Under the pieces are notes generated by a model. That model was not told where the DNA came from, did no database searches, and worked only from the letters and a program-made list of their open reading frames with translations. From Candidatus Magasanikiibacteriota bacterium (GTDB lineage: Bacteria > Patescibacteriota > Patescibacteriia > Magasanikbacterales > GWA2-37-8), in NCBI GenBank assembly GCA_903858555.1, contig CAIOJG010000013.1:1-24711 (forward strand): DNA of 24,711 bases, written 5' to 3'. The first letter of the stretch is position 1, and every line of letters begins with the position of its first letter. The position numbers and the translations under genes are program-made. Below, piece after piece: positions 15,663 to 24,711 of the stretch.

Positions 15663-15691
15663 ATAGTACATCCAAAATTAATAATAGTCAA
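15663..15691 (-). promoter_or_regulatory. Sigma70 promoter of the 49-aa ORF
   Basis: Minus strand TTGACT (15691-15686), N17, TACTAT (15668-15663). Confidence 0.65.
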
Positions 15692-15692
15692 C

Positions 15693-15718
15693 AAAAAACC
15701 CACTAAAAAGTGGGTTTT
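15693..15718 (-). terminator. tRNA-Cys terminator
   Basis: aaaacccact-aaaa-agtgggtttt; U-tract on the minus strand immediately after the tRNA. Confidence 0.7.
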
Positions 15719-15719
15719 G

Positions 15720-15791
15720 AGGTACCGGTGGGAATTGCACCCACGCATAAAGGTTTTGCAGACCTTGGTCTTACTGCTTGACGACGGTACC
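15720..15791 (-). tRNA. tRNA-Cys(GCA)
   Basis: GGTACCG/CGGTACC acceptor, U73 discriminator, AAGGT-CTGCAAA-ACCTT anticodon arm; atypical D-loop AAGCAGTAA and T-loop TGCAATT. Confidence 0.92.
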
Positions 15792-15840
15792 AATTGTTTT
15801 TACAGCTTACCAAAAAATAATGAAAAAATCAAGGCTTTGA

Positions 15841-17232
15841 CTATCTCACATACCCCAACGGATTCACACGTGCGCCATTTACTATAACTTCAAAATGCAA
15901 GTGGATACCGGTGATACCACGCACGTTTCCAGTGTTACCCATCAAAGCGATTGTTTGACCAGCTTCAACCTCATCTCCGACAGATACCAACAAACGCGAA
16001 GAGTGACCATACAAAGTTTTAATACCATTACCGTGATCAATAATAATTTCACAACCATAACCACTATTCCAACCACACTGCGCTTTTTCTACTGTACCGG
16101 CTTTGGAAGCATATGTCGGAGTTTCAAACGGTCCAGCGATATCGATAGCGTGATGAGTCCAACCAAAATATTGAGTGATCATGTGAGCTCCAGATGGCCA
16201 AATAAAACCAGACGCACTTGGTGCTCGTTCAGAAGATGGCGGCGTGATTACTTCACCATAGGTTTCTTGTTCTACAATATATGCTTTTCCATTCTTATAG
16301 AATTTTCCATTTTTTACTACTACACCTGCTGGCAATTTCACTGCCATTTTTACCGGCGCAGCCGCTTGTGGTTGCGCCCCACCCGGTACCATTATGGTTT
16401 CACCAACACGCAAATCTTTTCCATTTTGATCTAAATTATTAAAGCGAACGATATCTTCTGCTTTAGCACTATACATTTTAGCAATCTTCAAAAGACTGTC
16501 TCCGCTTTTTACAATATGCATCACCCCAACCGCTGGTGGAATAATTAATTTCTGTCCTAATTTTAATTTAGATTTTGCCGTCAAACCATTTTGCCATAAA
16601 ATCGTAGCCACATCTACCCCAAATTTATTGGCAATGCCATTGAGTGAATCCCCGGTATCAATCACATATTCAGTCGCGCTCTTTCGACCCGAGCCACCGC
16701 TACTGACACTACCGGTCATAATATTTGGATTGTTAATCGTCATACCGCCGGCATAAGTCCCAACCAAATCTTGATCATAAACAATTTGATCAGTCGCCAA
16801 ATTATCCGCCCCAATCACACCTGAACGCCAGTCATAACCATTATCATTATTTTGTGCGGTCGGAGTTTGTTCTACTTGGACATCTTCAAAACTATAATCC
16901 GAATTATCTGAAAATAAACCAAAGGCCAAAGTATTTTGGCCTGGTAAAAAAGTACTGGTTTGGGTATAGGCTTTCGTTTGTGGCGCAGCGATTATCAATA
17001 GTAAAACAAAAATCACCGGTTGAATTATGTCGCGCGCCAATGATCCACCGCCGGTGCGAATACCGGTCTTTTTTAAAAACTGATTGATTTTATGACCAAT
17101 TATCCCAAAAAAACCTAGAAATCGGTTAAAAAAACTGTAAAATACAAAAAGGGTCTTTTGGCCTATCCACCAAAAAAACCGCTTAACATAGACAAAAAAA
17201 CGTAAAATTTTATATAAAATGTTATATTTCAT
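15841..17232 (-). CDS. LysM + M23 family peptidoglycan endopeptidase
   Basis: N-terminal membrane segment, two LysM repeats (YVIDTGDSL-x-x-IA; HIVKSGDSL-x-x-IA), M23 motifs H-x-x-x-D (HHAID), YGH and HLH. Confidence 0.93.
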   Translation of the reverse strand: MKYNILYKILRFFVYVKRFFWWIGQKTLFVFYSFFNRFLGFFGIIGHKINQFLKKTGIRTGGGSLARDIIQPVIFVLLLIIAAPQTKAYTQTSTFLPGQNTLAFGLFSDNSDYSFEDVQVEQTPTAQNNDNGYDWRSGVIGADNLATDQIVYDQDLVGTYAGGMTINNPNIMTGSVSSGGSGRKSATEYVIDTGDSLNGIANKFGVDVATILWQNGLTAKSKLKLGQKLIIPPAVGVMHIVKSGDSLLKIAKMYSAKAEDIVRFNNLDQNGKDLRVGETIMVPGGAQPQAAAPVKMAVKLPAGVVVKNGKFYKNGKAYIVEQETYGEVITPPSSERAPSASGFIWPSGAHMITQYFGWTHHAIDIAGPFETPTYASKAGTVEKAQCGWNSGYGCEIIIDHGNGIKTLYGHSSRLLVSVGDEVEAGQTIALMGNTGNVRGITGIHLHFEVIVNGARVNPLGYVR

Positions 17233-17235
17233 ACC

Positions 17236-17278
17236 TTGACGGTTTGCCTATTTTAGCATAATATAGGCTCCAAGGCAA
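17236..17278. promoter_or_regulatory. Overlapping divergent promoters for the M23 peptidase (-) and hppA (+)
   Basis: Minus: TTGCCT (17278-17273), N17, TAAAAT (17255-17250) with TGn. Plus: TTGACG (17236-17241), N17, TAATAT (17259-17264). Confidence 0.55.
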
Positions 17279-17326
17279 CCTCAAAAAGCCTTATTTAATT
17301 TAATTATTAATTAACTTCTAGCACTT

Positions 17327-19312
17327 ATGATTATAGTGTTATGTGGTATTTTACCGGCGCTATTGTCCGTAATTTACGGAGGCGTCCTGATTCGTTGGGT
17401 ACTCAAGCAGCCAGCTGGTGATGATCGTATGCAGGCCATCGCTCGCGCTATCGAAGATGGCGCAAAAGCTTTCTTGTCTCGTCAGTATAAAACCATCGCC
17501 TATGTAGCTGTCGTGGTTTTTATCTTACTCGGTATTGGTATTGATTGGATGACCGCTTTTGGTTTCTTGGTTGGTGCGGTACTTTCCGGATTAGCTGGAA
17601 CAATCGGCATGTTGATTTCTGTGAAAGCCAACGTACGCACAGCTGAGGCCGCTAAAAAAGGATTTTCCGCTGCTTTAGACGTTGCTGTAAAAGGCGGATC
17701 AGTTACTGGTTTGCTAGTTTCTGGTTTAGGCTTGTTGGGCGTTTCTGGTTTTTATTATTTGACTCACGATATTTCCGCTCTTATTGGTTTAGGTTTTGGT
17801 GGTAGTTTGATTTCTGTCTTTGCTCGTATCGGTGGTGGTATTTTTACCAAAGCTGCCGATGTTGGTGCTGACTTGGTAGGTAAAGTAGAAAAAGGAATTC
17901 CAGAAGATGATCCACGCAACCCAGCGGTTATTGCTGACAACGTTGGTGATAATGTTGGTGACTGTGCTGGTATGGCTGCCGATCTTTTTGAAACTTACGC
18001 TATTACTACTATTGCCGCGATGGTTTTGGGATCACTTCTTTTCCCAGGCAACTCTAATGTAATTGTTTATCCTTTAATGCTTGGTGGTATTTCTATTATT
18101 GCTTCAATTGTTGGTACCTTCTTTATCCGCTTGGGTGAAGATAAAAATGTGATGGTTGCTTTATACAAAGGCTTAATCGCTGCCGGTGTTTTTGCTTTAA
18201 TTGGTTTTTATCCAGCCACAAAATATTTAATGAGTGGTCTAGATGGATACAGCGTTGTAAATCTTTTCTTGTCATCTGTTATCGGTTTAATTTTAACTGC
18301 CGCCATGGTAGCTTTGACCGACTATTATACTTCTACAAAATTTGCTCCAGTGCAACACATTGCTAAAGCTTCTACTACTGGTCATGGTACCAATGTGATT
18401 GCTGGTTTAGCCGTCTCTATGAAATCTACTGCGTTACCTGTTCTTTTGATCATGGCCGCAATGATGGGTGCAAATTCATTGGCTGGTTTGTACGGCGTGG
18501 CTATTGCTGCTGTTAGTATGTTATCTTTGACCGGTATCATCGTTACTATTGATGCTTTTGGTCCTATCACCGACAATGCTGGTGGTATTGCTGAAATGGC
18601 AGAACTTTCCGAAGATGTACGCAATGTTACTGATCCTTTGGATGCGGTTGGAAACACTACTAAAGCAGTGACTAAAGGTTACGCTATTGCTTCCGCTGGT
18701 TTGGCTTCATTAGTTTTGTTTGCAGACTTCACCCACAAACTTCCAGACACTGTTAAATTCATGATTAACGATCCAAAAGTTTTAGTTGGTTTATTTATCG
18801 GTGGTTTGTTGCCTTACTTATTTGGTGCCATGTTGATGGAATCAGTAGGTAAAGTAGCCGGACAAGTAGTAGAAGAAGTTCGTCGCCAATTCCGCGAGAT
18901 TGCTGGTATCATGGAAGGTACAGGAAAGCCAGACTATGCTAAAGCCGTAGATATCGTTACCAAAGGTGCTATCGGACAAATGTTAGTGCCGTCTTTGATT
19001 CCAGTTGTCACTCCAATTTTGGTTGGTTACTTCTTGGGTGTTGAAGCTTTAGGCGGTTTACTCGTTGGCACAATCATCACTGGTATCTTCGTAGCTATTT
19101 CTATGACTACTGGTGGGGCTGCTTGGGACAACGCTAAAAAATATATCGAACTTGGTAACTATGGTGGCAAAGGCTCCTTTGCTCATCAAGCCGCTGTCAC
19201 TGGTGACACCGTTGGTGATCCATACAAAGACACTGCTGGTCCAAGTATCAACCCAATGATTAAAGTTGCTAATATCGTAGCTCTATTGATTGTAGGTTTG
19301 TTGGTAAAATAA
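17327..19312 (+). CDS. hppA: Membrane-bound ion-translocating pyrophosphatase, K+-independent type
   Basis: [20 protein letters not shown][24 protein letters not shown], [39 protein letters not shown]. Confidence 0.97.
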   Translation: MIIVLCGILPALLSVIYGGVLIRWVLKQPAGDDRMQAIARAIEDGAKAFLSRQYKTIAYVAVVVFILLGIGIDWMTAFGFLVGAVLSGLAGTIGMLISVKANVRTAEAAKKGFSAALDVAVKGGSVTGLLVSGLGLLGVSGFYYLTHDISALIGLGFGGSLISVFARIGGGIFTKAADVGADLVGKVEKGIPEDDPRNPAVIADNVGDNVGDCAGMAADLFETYAITTIAAMVLGSLLFPGNSNVIVYPLMLGGISIIASIVGTFFIRLGEDKNVMVALYKGLIAAGVFALIGFYPATKYLMSGLDGYSVVNLFLSSVIGLILTAAMVALTDYYTSTKFAPVQHIAKASTTGHGTNVIAGLAVSMKSTALPVLLIMAAMMGANSLAGLYGVAIAAVSMLSLTGIIVTIDAFGPITDNAGGIAEMAELSEDVRNVTDPLDAVGNTTKAVTKGYAIASAGLASLVLFADFTHKLPDTVKFMINDPKVLVGLFIGGLLPYLFGAMLMESVGKVAGQVVEEVRRQFREIAGIMEGTGKPDYAKAVDIVTKGAIGQMLVPSLIPVVTPILVGYFLGVEALGGLLVGTIITGIFVAISMTTGGAAWDNAKKYIELGNYGGKGSFAHQAAVTGDTVGDPYKDTAGPSINPMIKVANIVALLIVGLLVK

Positions 19313-19320
19313 TATAAAAT

Positions 19321-19383
19321 AAAAACCACCCGCAACCCATAACTACAAACTTTGTAGGCATGGGTTGGTAACGGGTGGTTTTT
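19321..19383 (+). terminator. Long interrupted hairpin/terminator after hppA
   Basis: Nested pairs aaaaaccacccg/cgggtggttttt, caacccat/atgggttg and ctacaa/ttgtag, followed by T residues. Confidence 0.7.
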
Positions 19384-19400
19384 TATTTCCCAATCCCCAG

Positions 19401-19436
19401 CGCCCCGACTTCCTCATCACTGATTCAGTCGGGGCG
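19401..19436 (-). terminator. GC-rich hairpin 3' of the 58-aa ORF
   Basis: cgccccgact (19401-19410) / agtcggggcg (19427-19436), a perfect 10-bp stem. Confidence 0.55.
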
Positions 19437-19444
19437 AGCACGGC

Positions 19445-19621
19445 TCAAGCCTCCATCTCGAAGAAATTTCCAAACTGCTTTTTCCGGTTTTTGAAACGGA
19501 CTTTGCCGAACTCGACCGCTTCGCGAGTCAGGAACTTCACCGCAAAACACCCCACCGCCGCGAGCATGAACAACGCTTCGACCGTGTTGATATTTTGCGA
19601 ATTCAGGCGCTTGCTCACCAT
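19445..19621 (-). CDS. Small hypothetical protein with one hydrophobic segment (58 aa; not in ORF track)
   Basis: MVSKRLNSQNINTVEALFMLAAVGCFAVKFLTREAVEFGKVRFKNRKKQFGNFFEMEA. GGAGGG lies 4 nt before the ATG; hairpin after the TGA. Confidence 0.6.
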   Translation of the reverse strand: MVSKRLNSQNINTVEALFMLAAVGCFAVKFLTREAVEFGKVRFKNRKKQFGNFFEMEA

Positions 19622-19714
19622 CTGCCCCTCCGATTCTAACGGTTGAACACTATTTAGTACACACTAGGAAACGATTATAATATAAATCATTCAGTTTATA
19701 AGTCAATCCCACGG

Positions 19715-19743
19715 TTGACTTTTCCTTTAATTTAAGTTAGAAT
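19715..19743 (+). promoter_or_regulatory. Sigma70 promoter of tig
   Basis: TTGACT (19715-19720), N17, TAGAAT (19738-19743). Confidence 0.75.
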
Positions 19744-19768
19744 CCACTCGTAATTTTAACTTGAATTT

Positions 19769-21049
19769 ATGCAACAAACTCTAAAAAAACTCGACAAATC
19801 TCAGGTAGAACTCAGTGTCACCGTCGCTCCAGCCGACTATGAAAAAGACATGTTAGCTGCAGCCACTCGCCTTTCTGAACGTGCTGCCATCCACGGTTTC
19901 CGTGCCGGCAAAGCTCCTTATGAAATCGTAAAACAGAATCTTGGAGAGATTAAAATTCTCGAAGAAGCAATGCAATCTATCGTAGAAAAAAATTATCACG
20001 CCGCTGTGCTTGCTGAAAATATCGATACTATCGGCATGCCGGAAATTACCATTGAAAAAATGGCTCCAGGCAATGATTTTGTTTTTAAAGCCGTAGCTGC
20101 CCTTTTACCAAAAGTAAAATTGGCCGATCTTTCTAAAATCAGTGTTGCTAAAAAAGATGTCACTGTAGACGAAAAACAGATGAATGAAGTTTTGGAAAAC
20201 TTGCGCAAAATGCAAGGTAAAGAAGTCGTCAAAGAAGGTGCAGCTACTAAAGAAGACAAAGTAGAGGTCGCGATGAATATGACTCAAGACAAAGTACCGG
20301 TCGAAGGCGGTCAAGCTCCAAAGCACCAAGTTTATCTTTCTGAACCACACTACATTCCAGGTTTTGCCGAACAATTGATTGGTGTGAAAAAAGGTGAATT
20401 CAAAGAATTTTCTCTCAAATTTCCAGAAGAACATTATCAAAAACATTTGGCTGGAAAAACCATGGATTTCCATATCAATGTCAACGAAGTTTATTCTATT
20501 GAATATCCAGAAATCAATGATGAATTCGCGGCCAAACTCGGCCAACCAAGTTTGATCGCTCTCAAAGAAATTTTGCAGACCAACCTCACCAAAGAAGCAG
20601 AAAACAAAGAAGCTCAAAGATTGGAAATTGAAATTTTGGAAAAAACTGTGGCTGGATCTGAATTTGATGAAATTCCAAGTGTTTTACTGACCGCTGAAAA
20701 ACAAAAAATGTTCCACGAACTAAAAGGTAGTTTGGAACAACAGGGCATCACTATGGAAAAATACATGTCCGATATCAAGAAGACTGAAGAAGAAATTGGT
20801 CAAGACTTTACTGAGCGCGCTATGATGCGTGTCAAAGCCGCTTTGGTTTCTCGCCAAGTCGCTAAAGAAAATGATATCAAGGTAGAAAAAGATGAAATGG
20901 ACAAAGAAATCGAGGTTATCAAAGTGACTTACGAAAATGATCCAAAAGTTTTGGAAGCATTGGAACGTCGCGATGTATTGGATACACTAGCTGCCACTAT
21001 TCAAAACCGAAAAGTTGTTGCCTTCTTGACTGAAAAAATTGTAAAATAA
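19769..21049 (+). CDS. tig: Trigger factor
   Basis: GFR-x-GKAP ribosome-binding signature, FKBP-like YIPGFAEQLIG-x-KKGE...FPEEY...LAGK, C-terminal chaperone domain. Confidence 0.96.
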   Translation: MQQTLKKLDKSQVELSVTVAPADYEKDMLAAATRLSERAAIHGFRAGKAPYEIVKQNLGEIKILEEAMQSIVEKNYHAAVLAENIDTIGMPEITIEKMAPGNDFVFKAVAALLPKVKLADLSKISVAKKDVTVDEKQMNEVLENLRKMQGKEVVKEGAATKEDKVEVAMNMTQDKVPVEGGQAPKHQVYLSEPHYIPGFAEQLIGVKKGEFKEFSLKFPEEHYQKHLAGKTMDFHINVNEVYSIEYPEINDEFAAKLGQPSLIALKEILQTNLTKEAENKEAQRLEIEILEKTVAGSEFDEIPSVLLTAEKQKMFHELKGSLEQQGITMEKYMSDIKKTEEEIGQDFTERAMMRVKAALVSRQVAKENDIKVEKDEMDKEIEVIKVTYENDPKVLEALERRDVLDTLAATIQNRKVVAFLTEKIVK

Positions 21050-21058
21050 TTTAAAACT

Positions 21059-21088
21059 AAAAAAGCACCGTTTAAATGGTGCTTTTTT
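21059..21088 (+). terminator. tig terminator (overlaps the stop of the convergent methyltransferase)
   Basis: aaaaaagcaccg-tttaaa-tggtgctttttt inverted repeat. Confidence 0.7.
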
Positions 21089-21806
21089 GTTCTTCCAAAT
21101 CTTCAATCTTTTCTAATACGAAGAATCCATTTCTTACTTTATCAGGTTGTACTTCATTATAATCTTTTACTCTAAAGCCATACCGTTCAAAAAATTCTTT
21201 CCATTCATTTTGACTTCTATAATTATGAGGATTATCGCTGGAAACTTCCGCATTTAACAGACGATCTTGTTTTACGGTCAGACCTCTTTCCTGTTGATTT
21301 TCCACAATGTCTTCAGAAATAAATGCTAGACCACCTTTTCTCAAAACCCGATTCATTTCTTGCATGGTCTTTCCATGTTTATTTTCATCCATGTGGTGTA
21401 ATACAAAAAACATTACAATTGCGTCCATCGACTCATCACCAATTCCAGTTAGATCTTCGGCTCTAACTTCTGGAGGTAAATACTCCGCCGTATTGCCACC
21501 AAATTTACCTGACGTTTCCAATCTTTTTTGCACCGGCTTAGTCCAAAAATCATTTGGGTCTAAACCGGTGATATCTGCCCCTTCTAAGACAGAATCTAAC
21601 CAATCAATTTCATGACCTTTGCCAGAACCAATACTTAAAATTTTAATTTTTTGTTTTTTCTCCTGAATCATCGGTCTCAAATATTCTCGTATCTTAGAAT
21701 TATCCATCAGCCAATCACCGCGTCTATCCAACCAGCTATCTACGAGCGGCATCTCATTTGTTTTTCGTAAAAAGCTATTAAATAAACTATTTCTGCCTTC
21801 TGACAT
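21072..21806 (-). CDS. Class I SAM-dependent methyltransferase
   Basis: Motif I ILSIGSGKG, motif II GLDP, MD-x-x-x-x-x-FVLHH, RVLRKGG. Start uncertain (ATG 21806 vs TTG 21827). Confidence 0.85.
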   Translation of the reverse strand: MSEGRNSLFNSFLRKTNEMPLVDSWLDRRGDWLMDNSKIREYLRPMIQEKKQKIKILSIGSGKGHEIDWLDSVLEGADITGLDPNDFWTKPVQKRLETSGKFGGNTAEYLPPEVRAEDLTGIGDESMDAIVMFFVLHHMDENKHGKTMQEMNRVLRKGGLAFISEDIVENQQERGLTVKQDRLLNAEVSSDNPHNYRSQNEWKEFFERYGFRVKDYNEVQPDKVRNGFFVLEKIEDLEEQKSTI

Positions 21807-21918
21807 ATTTTGTTGTTTATTGGTCAATATTAATGTATAATTTTATTATACTAATATTTTATCTTCAATTAAACAATTTGTCTATATATGCTTTGATACT
21901 GGGCACTAACCAATAAAT

Positions 21919-23136
21919 ATGCAAAACGAAAATAATGAACTAAATTTCCCACCCAACTTTCTCTGGGGCTGTTCCACCTCCGCTCACCAGATTGAGGGTG
22001 GTCTTACCAACGATTGGAGCGAATGGGAAAAATCTCACCATCGTCTAGAGGAACTAAAAAATCAAAATAAAAATCCATTAGATTATATTTCCGGTCAAGC
22101 GGCCAATTCTTTTTTAGACAACAATGCCGATATTGTCTGCATGAAAGAGCTCGGCTTAAATGCTTATCGTTTTTCCGTAGATTGGTCACGCATTGAACCA
22201 CAACCAGGGATCTTCGATGAAACGGCTTTGAATTATTATTTAAATTTTATAAAAAGTCTTAGAGCGCACGGCATTGAGCCATTTGTCACTTTGTGGCACT
22301 GGCCAGTACCACTGTGGATTCGTGATATCGGCGGTTGGGAATCACCAAAAATCGTTGAGTATTTTAATCGCTTTGTTAAAAAAACTGCCGGCCATTTAAA
22401 TACTGAGGTAAATTTTTGGATCACCCTCAATGAACCAATGGTATACAGTGGCAACAGTTATATGGTAGGGATATGGCCGCCACAAAAGAAAAATTTTATT
22501 TCTTATTACAAAGTCATAAAAAAATTAATAAAAGCGCATCGCCTTGCTTTTGATACTTTAAAAGAAATAGATTCAGACAATAAAGTCGGCATCGCCAAAC
22601 ATAATATCTATTTTGAAGCTTTTGGAAATAAACTAATTAATCGCATTTTAAAATTTTTTGCCGACTGGTGGATCAATGAAAGATTTTTAAAAGCTATCGA
22701 TGACAAACAAGATTTTATTGGTTTAAACTATTATTTTCACAATAAAATAAACTACGGTTTTAGCAGACAACACGAATACGAAAAAAAATCTGATTTAAAT
22801 TGGGGTTTGCATCCAGAAGGAATTTATTATTTGCTAAAAGATTTAAAAAAATACAACAAACCAATTTACATCACTGAAAATGGTTTGGCCGATCGTGGCG
22901 ACCAACATCGTTCCTGGTATATAAACGAAATTCTAAAAAATGTTCACCACGCTATTAAAGAAGGTACAGATGTAAAAGGATACTTTCACTGGTCACTAAT
23001 AGACAATTTTGAATGGGCTGAAGGTTTTCATCCGAAGTTTGGATTATATGAAGTGGACTATAAAAATTTTGACCGCATCGCCAGACCATCGGCTCAATTT
23101 TATCAGGATGTTTGTAAAAATAACCGAATAATTTAA
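21919..23136 (+). CDS. Glycoside hydrolase family 1 (beta-glucosidase-like)
   Basis: WG-x-STSAHQIEG, YRFS-x-DWSRIEP, acid/base TLNEP, nucleophile ITENG, WSLIDNFEW. Confidence 0.95.
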   Translation: MQNENNELNFPPNFLWGCSTSAHQIEGGLTNDWSEWEKSHHRLEELKNQNKNPLDYISGQAANSFLDNNADIVCMKELGLNAYRFSVDWSRIEPQPGIFDETALNYYLNFIKSLRAHGIEPFVTLWHWPVPLWIRDIGGWESPKIVEYFNRFVKKTAGHLNTEVNFWITLNEPMVYSGNSYMVGIWPPQKKNFISYYKVIKKLIKAHRLAFDTLKEIDSDNKVGIAKHNIYFEAFGNKLINRILKFFADWWINERFLKAIDDKQDFIGLNYYFHNKINYGFSRQHEYEKKSDLNWGLHPEGIYYLLKDLKKYNKPIYITENGLADRGDQHRSWYINEILKNVHHAIKEGTDVKGYFHWSLIDNFEWAEGFHPKFGLYEVDYKNFDRIARPSAQFYQDVCKNNRII

Positions 23137-23149
23137 ATAACAAAAAAAT

Positions 23150-23983
23150 ATGTACTTTGGTGCCCATGTCTCTATTGCGGGCGGCCTCGTAAACGCCCCA
23201 AAAAATTCTGCCGACCTCGGTGGCGAAGTTTTTCAGATTTTTACCCGCTCTCCTCGCGGCGGCCATGTCAATCCAATTACTAAACCAATTGCTGACGAAT
23301 TTAAATTTCTCTGCAAAGAATACAATCAAAAAGAATGGGTCGTTCATACCCCTTATTTTATAAACTTCGCCAGTGCCAATCCAAAGATTAAACACGGTTC
23401 ATCAGCCGTAGTGCGTGAAGAGCTCGAACGTGCCTCACAGATTGGCGCCAGCTATGTAATGACCCATCTGGGCAGTTACAAAGACCTAGGCGAATCTATC
23501 GGGTTTGTACAGCTCATCGATGGTCTAGAACAAACCCTTAAAGGTTACAAAGGCTCGGCCCAATTTTTAATCGAAATATCCGCTGGTGCTGTTGGAAATA
23601 TTGGCAGTACTTTTGATGAGTTAGCAAAAATGGTTCACCATCCAAAATTAAAAAAATATAATATTGGCATTTGTTACGACACTCAACATGCATTTTCTGC
23701 AGGTTATGACATTCGCAATCCAAAAGTTTTAGAACAAACTCTAAAGAAATTTGATGACACTGTCGGACTAGACAAATTAAAAATGTTCCATTGCAACGAT
23801 AGCAAAATCGAACTTGGTGGCCACAAAGATCGCCATGACCACATTGGCGAGGGGTTAATTGGCAAAGCCGGGTTTGAGGCGATGATAAATAATAAAAAAT
23901 TGAAAGATATAAATTATTATCTGGAAACCGAGCATGACAAAGTGGTTGAAGATTTAAATATACTAAAAGAATTGCGAGGATAG
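23150..23983 (+). CDS. nfo: Endonuclease IV (AP endonuclease)
   Basis: FGAHVSIAGG, H-x-PY-x-IN, TH-x-GS, D-x-x-H, H-x-NDS, DRH-x-x-IG-x-G-x-IG and LET metal-ligand motifs. Confidence 0.95.
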   Translation: MYFGAHVSIAGGLVNAPKNSADLGGEVFQIFTRSPRGGHVNPITKPIADEFKFLCKEYNQKEWVVHTPYFINFASANPKIKHGSSAVVREELERASQIGASYVMTHLGSYKDLGESIGFVQLIDGLEQTLKGYKGSAQFLIEISAGAVGNIGSTFDELAKMVHHPKLKKYNIGICYDTQHAFSAGYDIRNPKVLEQTLKKFDDTVGLDKLKMFHCNDSKIELGGHKDRHDHIGEGLIGKAGFEAMINNKKLKDINYYLETEHDKVVEDLNILKELRG

Positions 23984-23984
23984 T

Positions 23985-24209
23985 ATGAAAATAAAAATTC
24001 GCGTCCTACCACGCTCATCCAAAAATGAAGTAGTTGGCGAAATGGCCGATGGTACTTTAAAAGTAAAACTCACCGCCCCACCAGTTGATGGCAAAGCCAA
24101 TGACTCTCTAATAAAACTTCTCGCCGAACATTTCGACATCTCAAAAAGCAAAATAAAAATCGCCGCGGGTGCGACGAGCAAAAATAAAACTATAGAAATT
24201 TTAGATTAA
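23985..24209 (+). CDS. DUF167 (YggU-like) protein
   Basis: V-x-PRS, LKVKLTAPPVDGKAN, G-x-TSKNK. Confidence 0.92.
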   Translation: MKIKIRVLPRSSKNEVVGEMADGTLKVKLTAPPVDGKANDSLIKLLAEHFDISKSKIKIAAGATSKNKTIEILD

Positions 24210-24469
24210 GGCAGATCAACTCCACCATCATTCCAAGGATTACACCTGATTACCCTCCACACGGCTTTGGGCAAACCAATCACCAAGCCGTGTTTTTTTA
24301 TACTTTGTTTTCCATATTCACTACAACTCGGATAAAACCGACAGTAACCATGTGGAAAAAAATATTTTAGTGGACCATGATCCGGAGAAATTGTTTTTTG
24401 ATATATCCAAATAAAAAAAATAATTGGCAAACGTGGTAAAGCAATTATTTTTTTTAAGATTTTTTTCAT
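24206..24469 (-). CDS. yidD: Membrane protein insertion efficiency factor YidD
   Basis: YQ-x-x-ISP, CRFYPSCSEY, RCNPW-x-x-GG-x-D. Confidence 0.94.
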   Translation of the reverse strand: MKKILKKIIALPRLPIIFFIWIYQKTISPDHGPLKYFFPHGYCRFYPSCSEYGKQSIKKHGLVIGLPKAVWRVIRCNPWNDGGVDLP

Positions 24470-24711
24470 ACCAAAACCTTCGCCCGCTGCAATAATAATT
24501 TTACTTCTTCGCTAATTTCAGCAAATTTTTTATCTTTTATATCTGGTTTGGCCACAAAAAATAGGTAATACCCAATTTTGATTCCATCCTTTTTCATCAC
24601 CTCACGCAACACCTCCGTCACCTGCCTTTTTGCTCGATTCCTTTCAACAGCCTTTTTAGACACCTTCAACCCGATGTTTATCGCTAACTTCAGCTGTTTT
24701 TTAAACTTATC
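24466..24711 (-). CDS. rnpA: Ribonuclease P protein component (5' partial; runs off the window)
   Basis: Frame is open to 24711 (...LAINIGLKVSKKAVERNRAKR...); RNR motif; ATGA overlap with yidD. Confidence 0.9.
   Translation of the reverse strand, partial: DKFKKQLKLAINIGLKVSKKAVERNRAKRQVTEVLREVMKKDGIKIGYYLFFVAKPDIKDKKFAEISEEVKLLLQRAKVLV

Noticed and set aside
15427-15675. Track ORF of 82 aa (-) and overlapping + ORFs 15591-15887 and 15611-15793
   Set aside because: The 82-aa frame starts inside the predicted promoter with no SD; the 49-aa frame has SD and promoter. The + ORFs run antisense across tRNA-Cys.
19365-19646. Track ORF of 93 aa (+)
   Set aside because: It begins inside the hppA terminator and is the antisense shadow of the SD-led 58-aa ORF.
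212-24181. Other short ORFs overlapping recognised genes (e.g. 212-418, 1294-1593, 2301-2709, 8272-9092, 13038-15167, 15895-16434, 20105-20617, 22955-23395, 23963-24181)
   Set aside because: They are nested in or antisense to well-supported genes and have no motifs.
1-24711. CRISPR array, transposase, integrase, rRNA, or TGA recoding
   Set aside because: No regularly spaced repeats or such ORFs seen; all recognisable genes are full length under code 11.

Overview
An AT-rich bacterial chromosomal window (standard code 11 reads all genes). It is most likely from a Patescibacteria/CPR genome; this is inferred from TrmB-like regulators, host genes lacking Shine-Dalgarno (SD) sites, CCA-less tRNAs, a stand-alone riboflavin kinase and the H+-PPase/GH1/Nfo gene set. 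The backbone is housekeeping: tRNA-Pro/Phe/Ala/Cys, mgtC-like, O-antigen ligase-like, adenosine kinase-like + ahcY, rpsT, holA, polA, LysM-M23 peptidase, hppA, tig, GH1, nfo, DUF167, yidD and a partial rnpA. The non-routine signals lie between those genes. (1) Two copies, 11 kb apart, of a ~120-nt element (1601-1721, 12520-12637) with a 91%-identical GC-rich 56-nt core, closed by 31-32 bp stems whose outer halves differ in sequence but each pair perfectly. (2) Three GC-rich mini-cassettes with their own promoter, SD site and hairpin. They encode an XRE regulator plus an apparent 8-stranded outer-membrane-type beta-barrel, and two small ORFs missing from the supplied track (49 aa, 58 aa). (3) A RelB/DinJ-like antitoxin with an intact operator, followed by a YafQ-type toxin with an apparent in-frame internal deletion. 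(4) tRNAs with non-U at position 55 (Cys A18/G55; Phe C55). (5) An HGDEF-variant GGDEF protein and a TrmB regulator with a triplicated effector domain. No CRISPR array, integrase or transposase is visible. All calls are by-eye motif recognition; no database searches were run.
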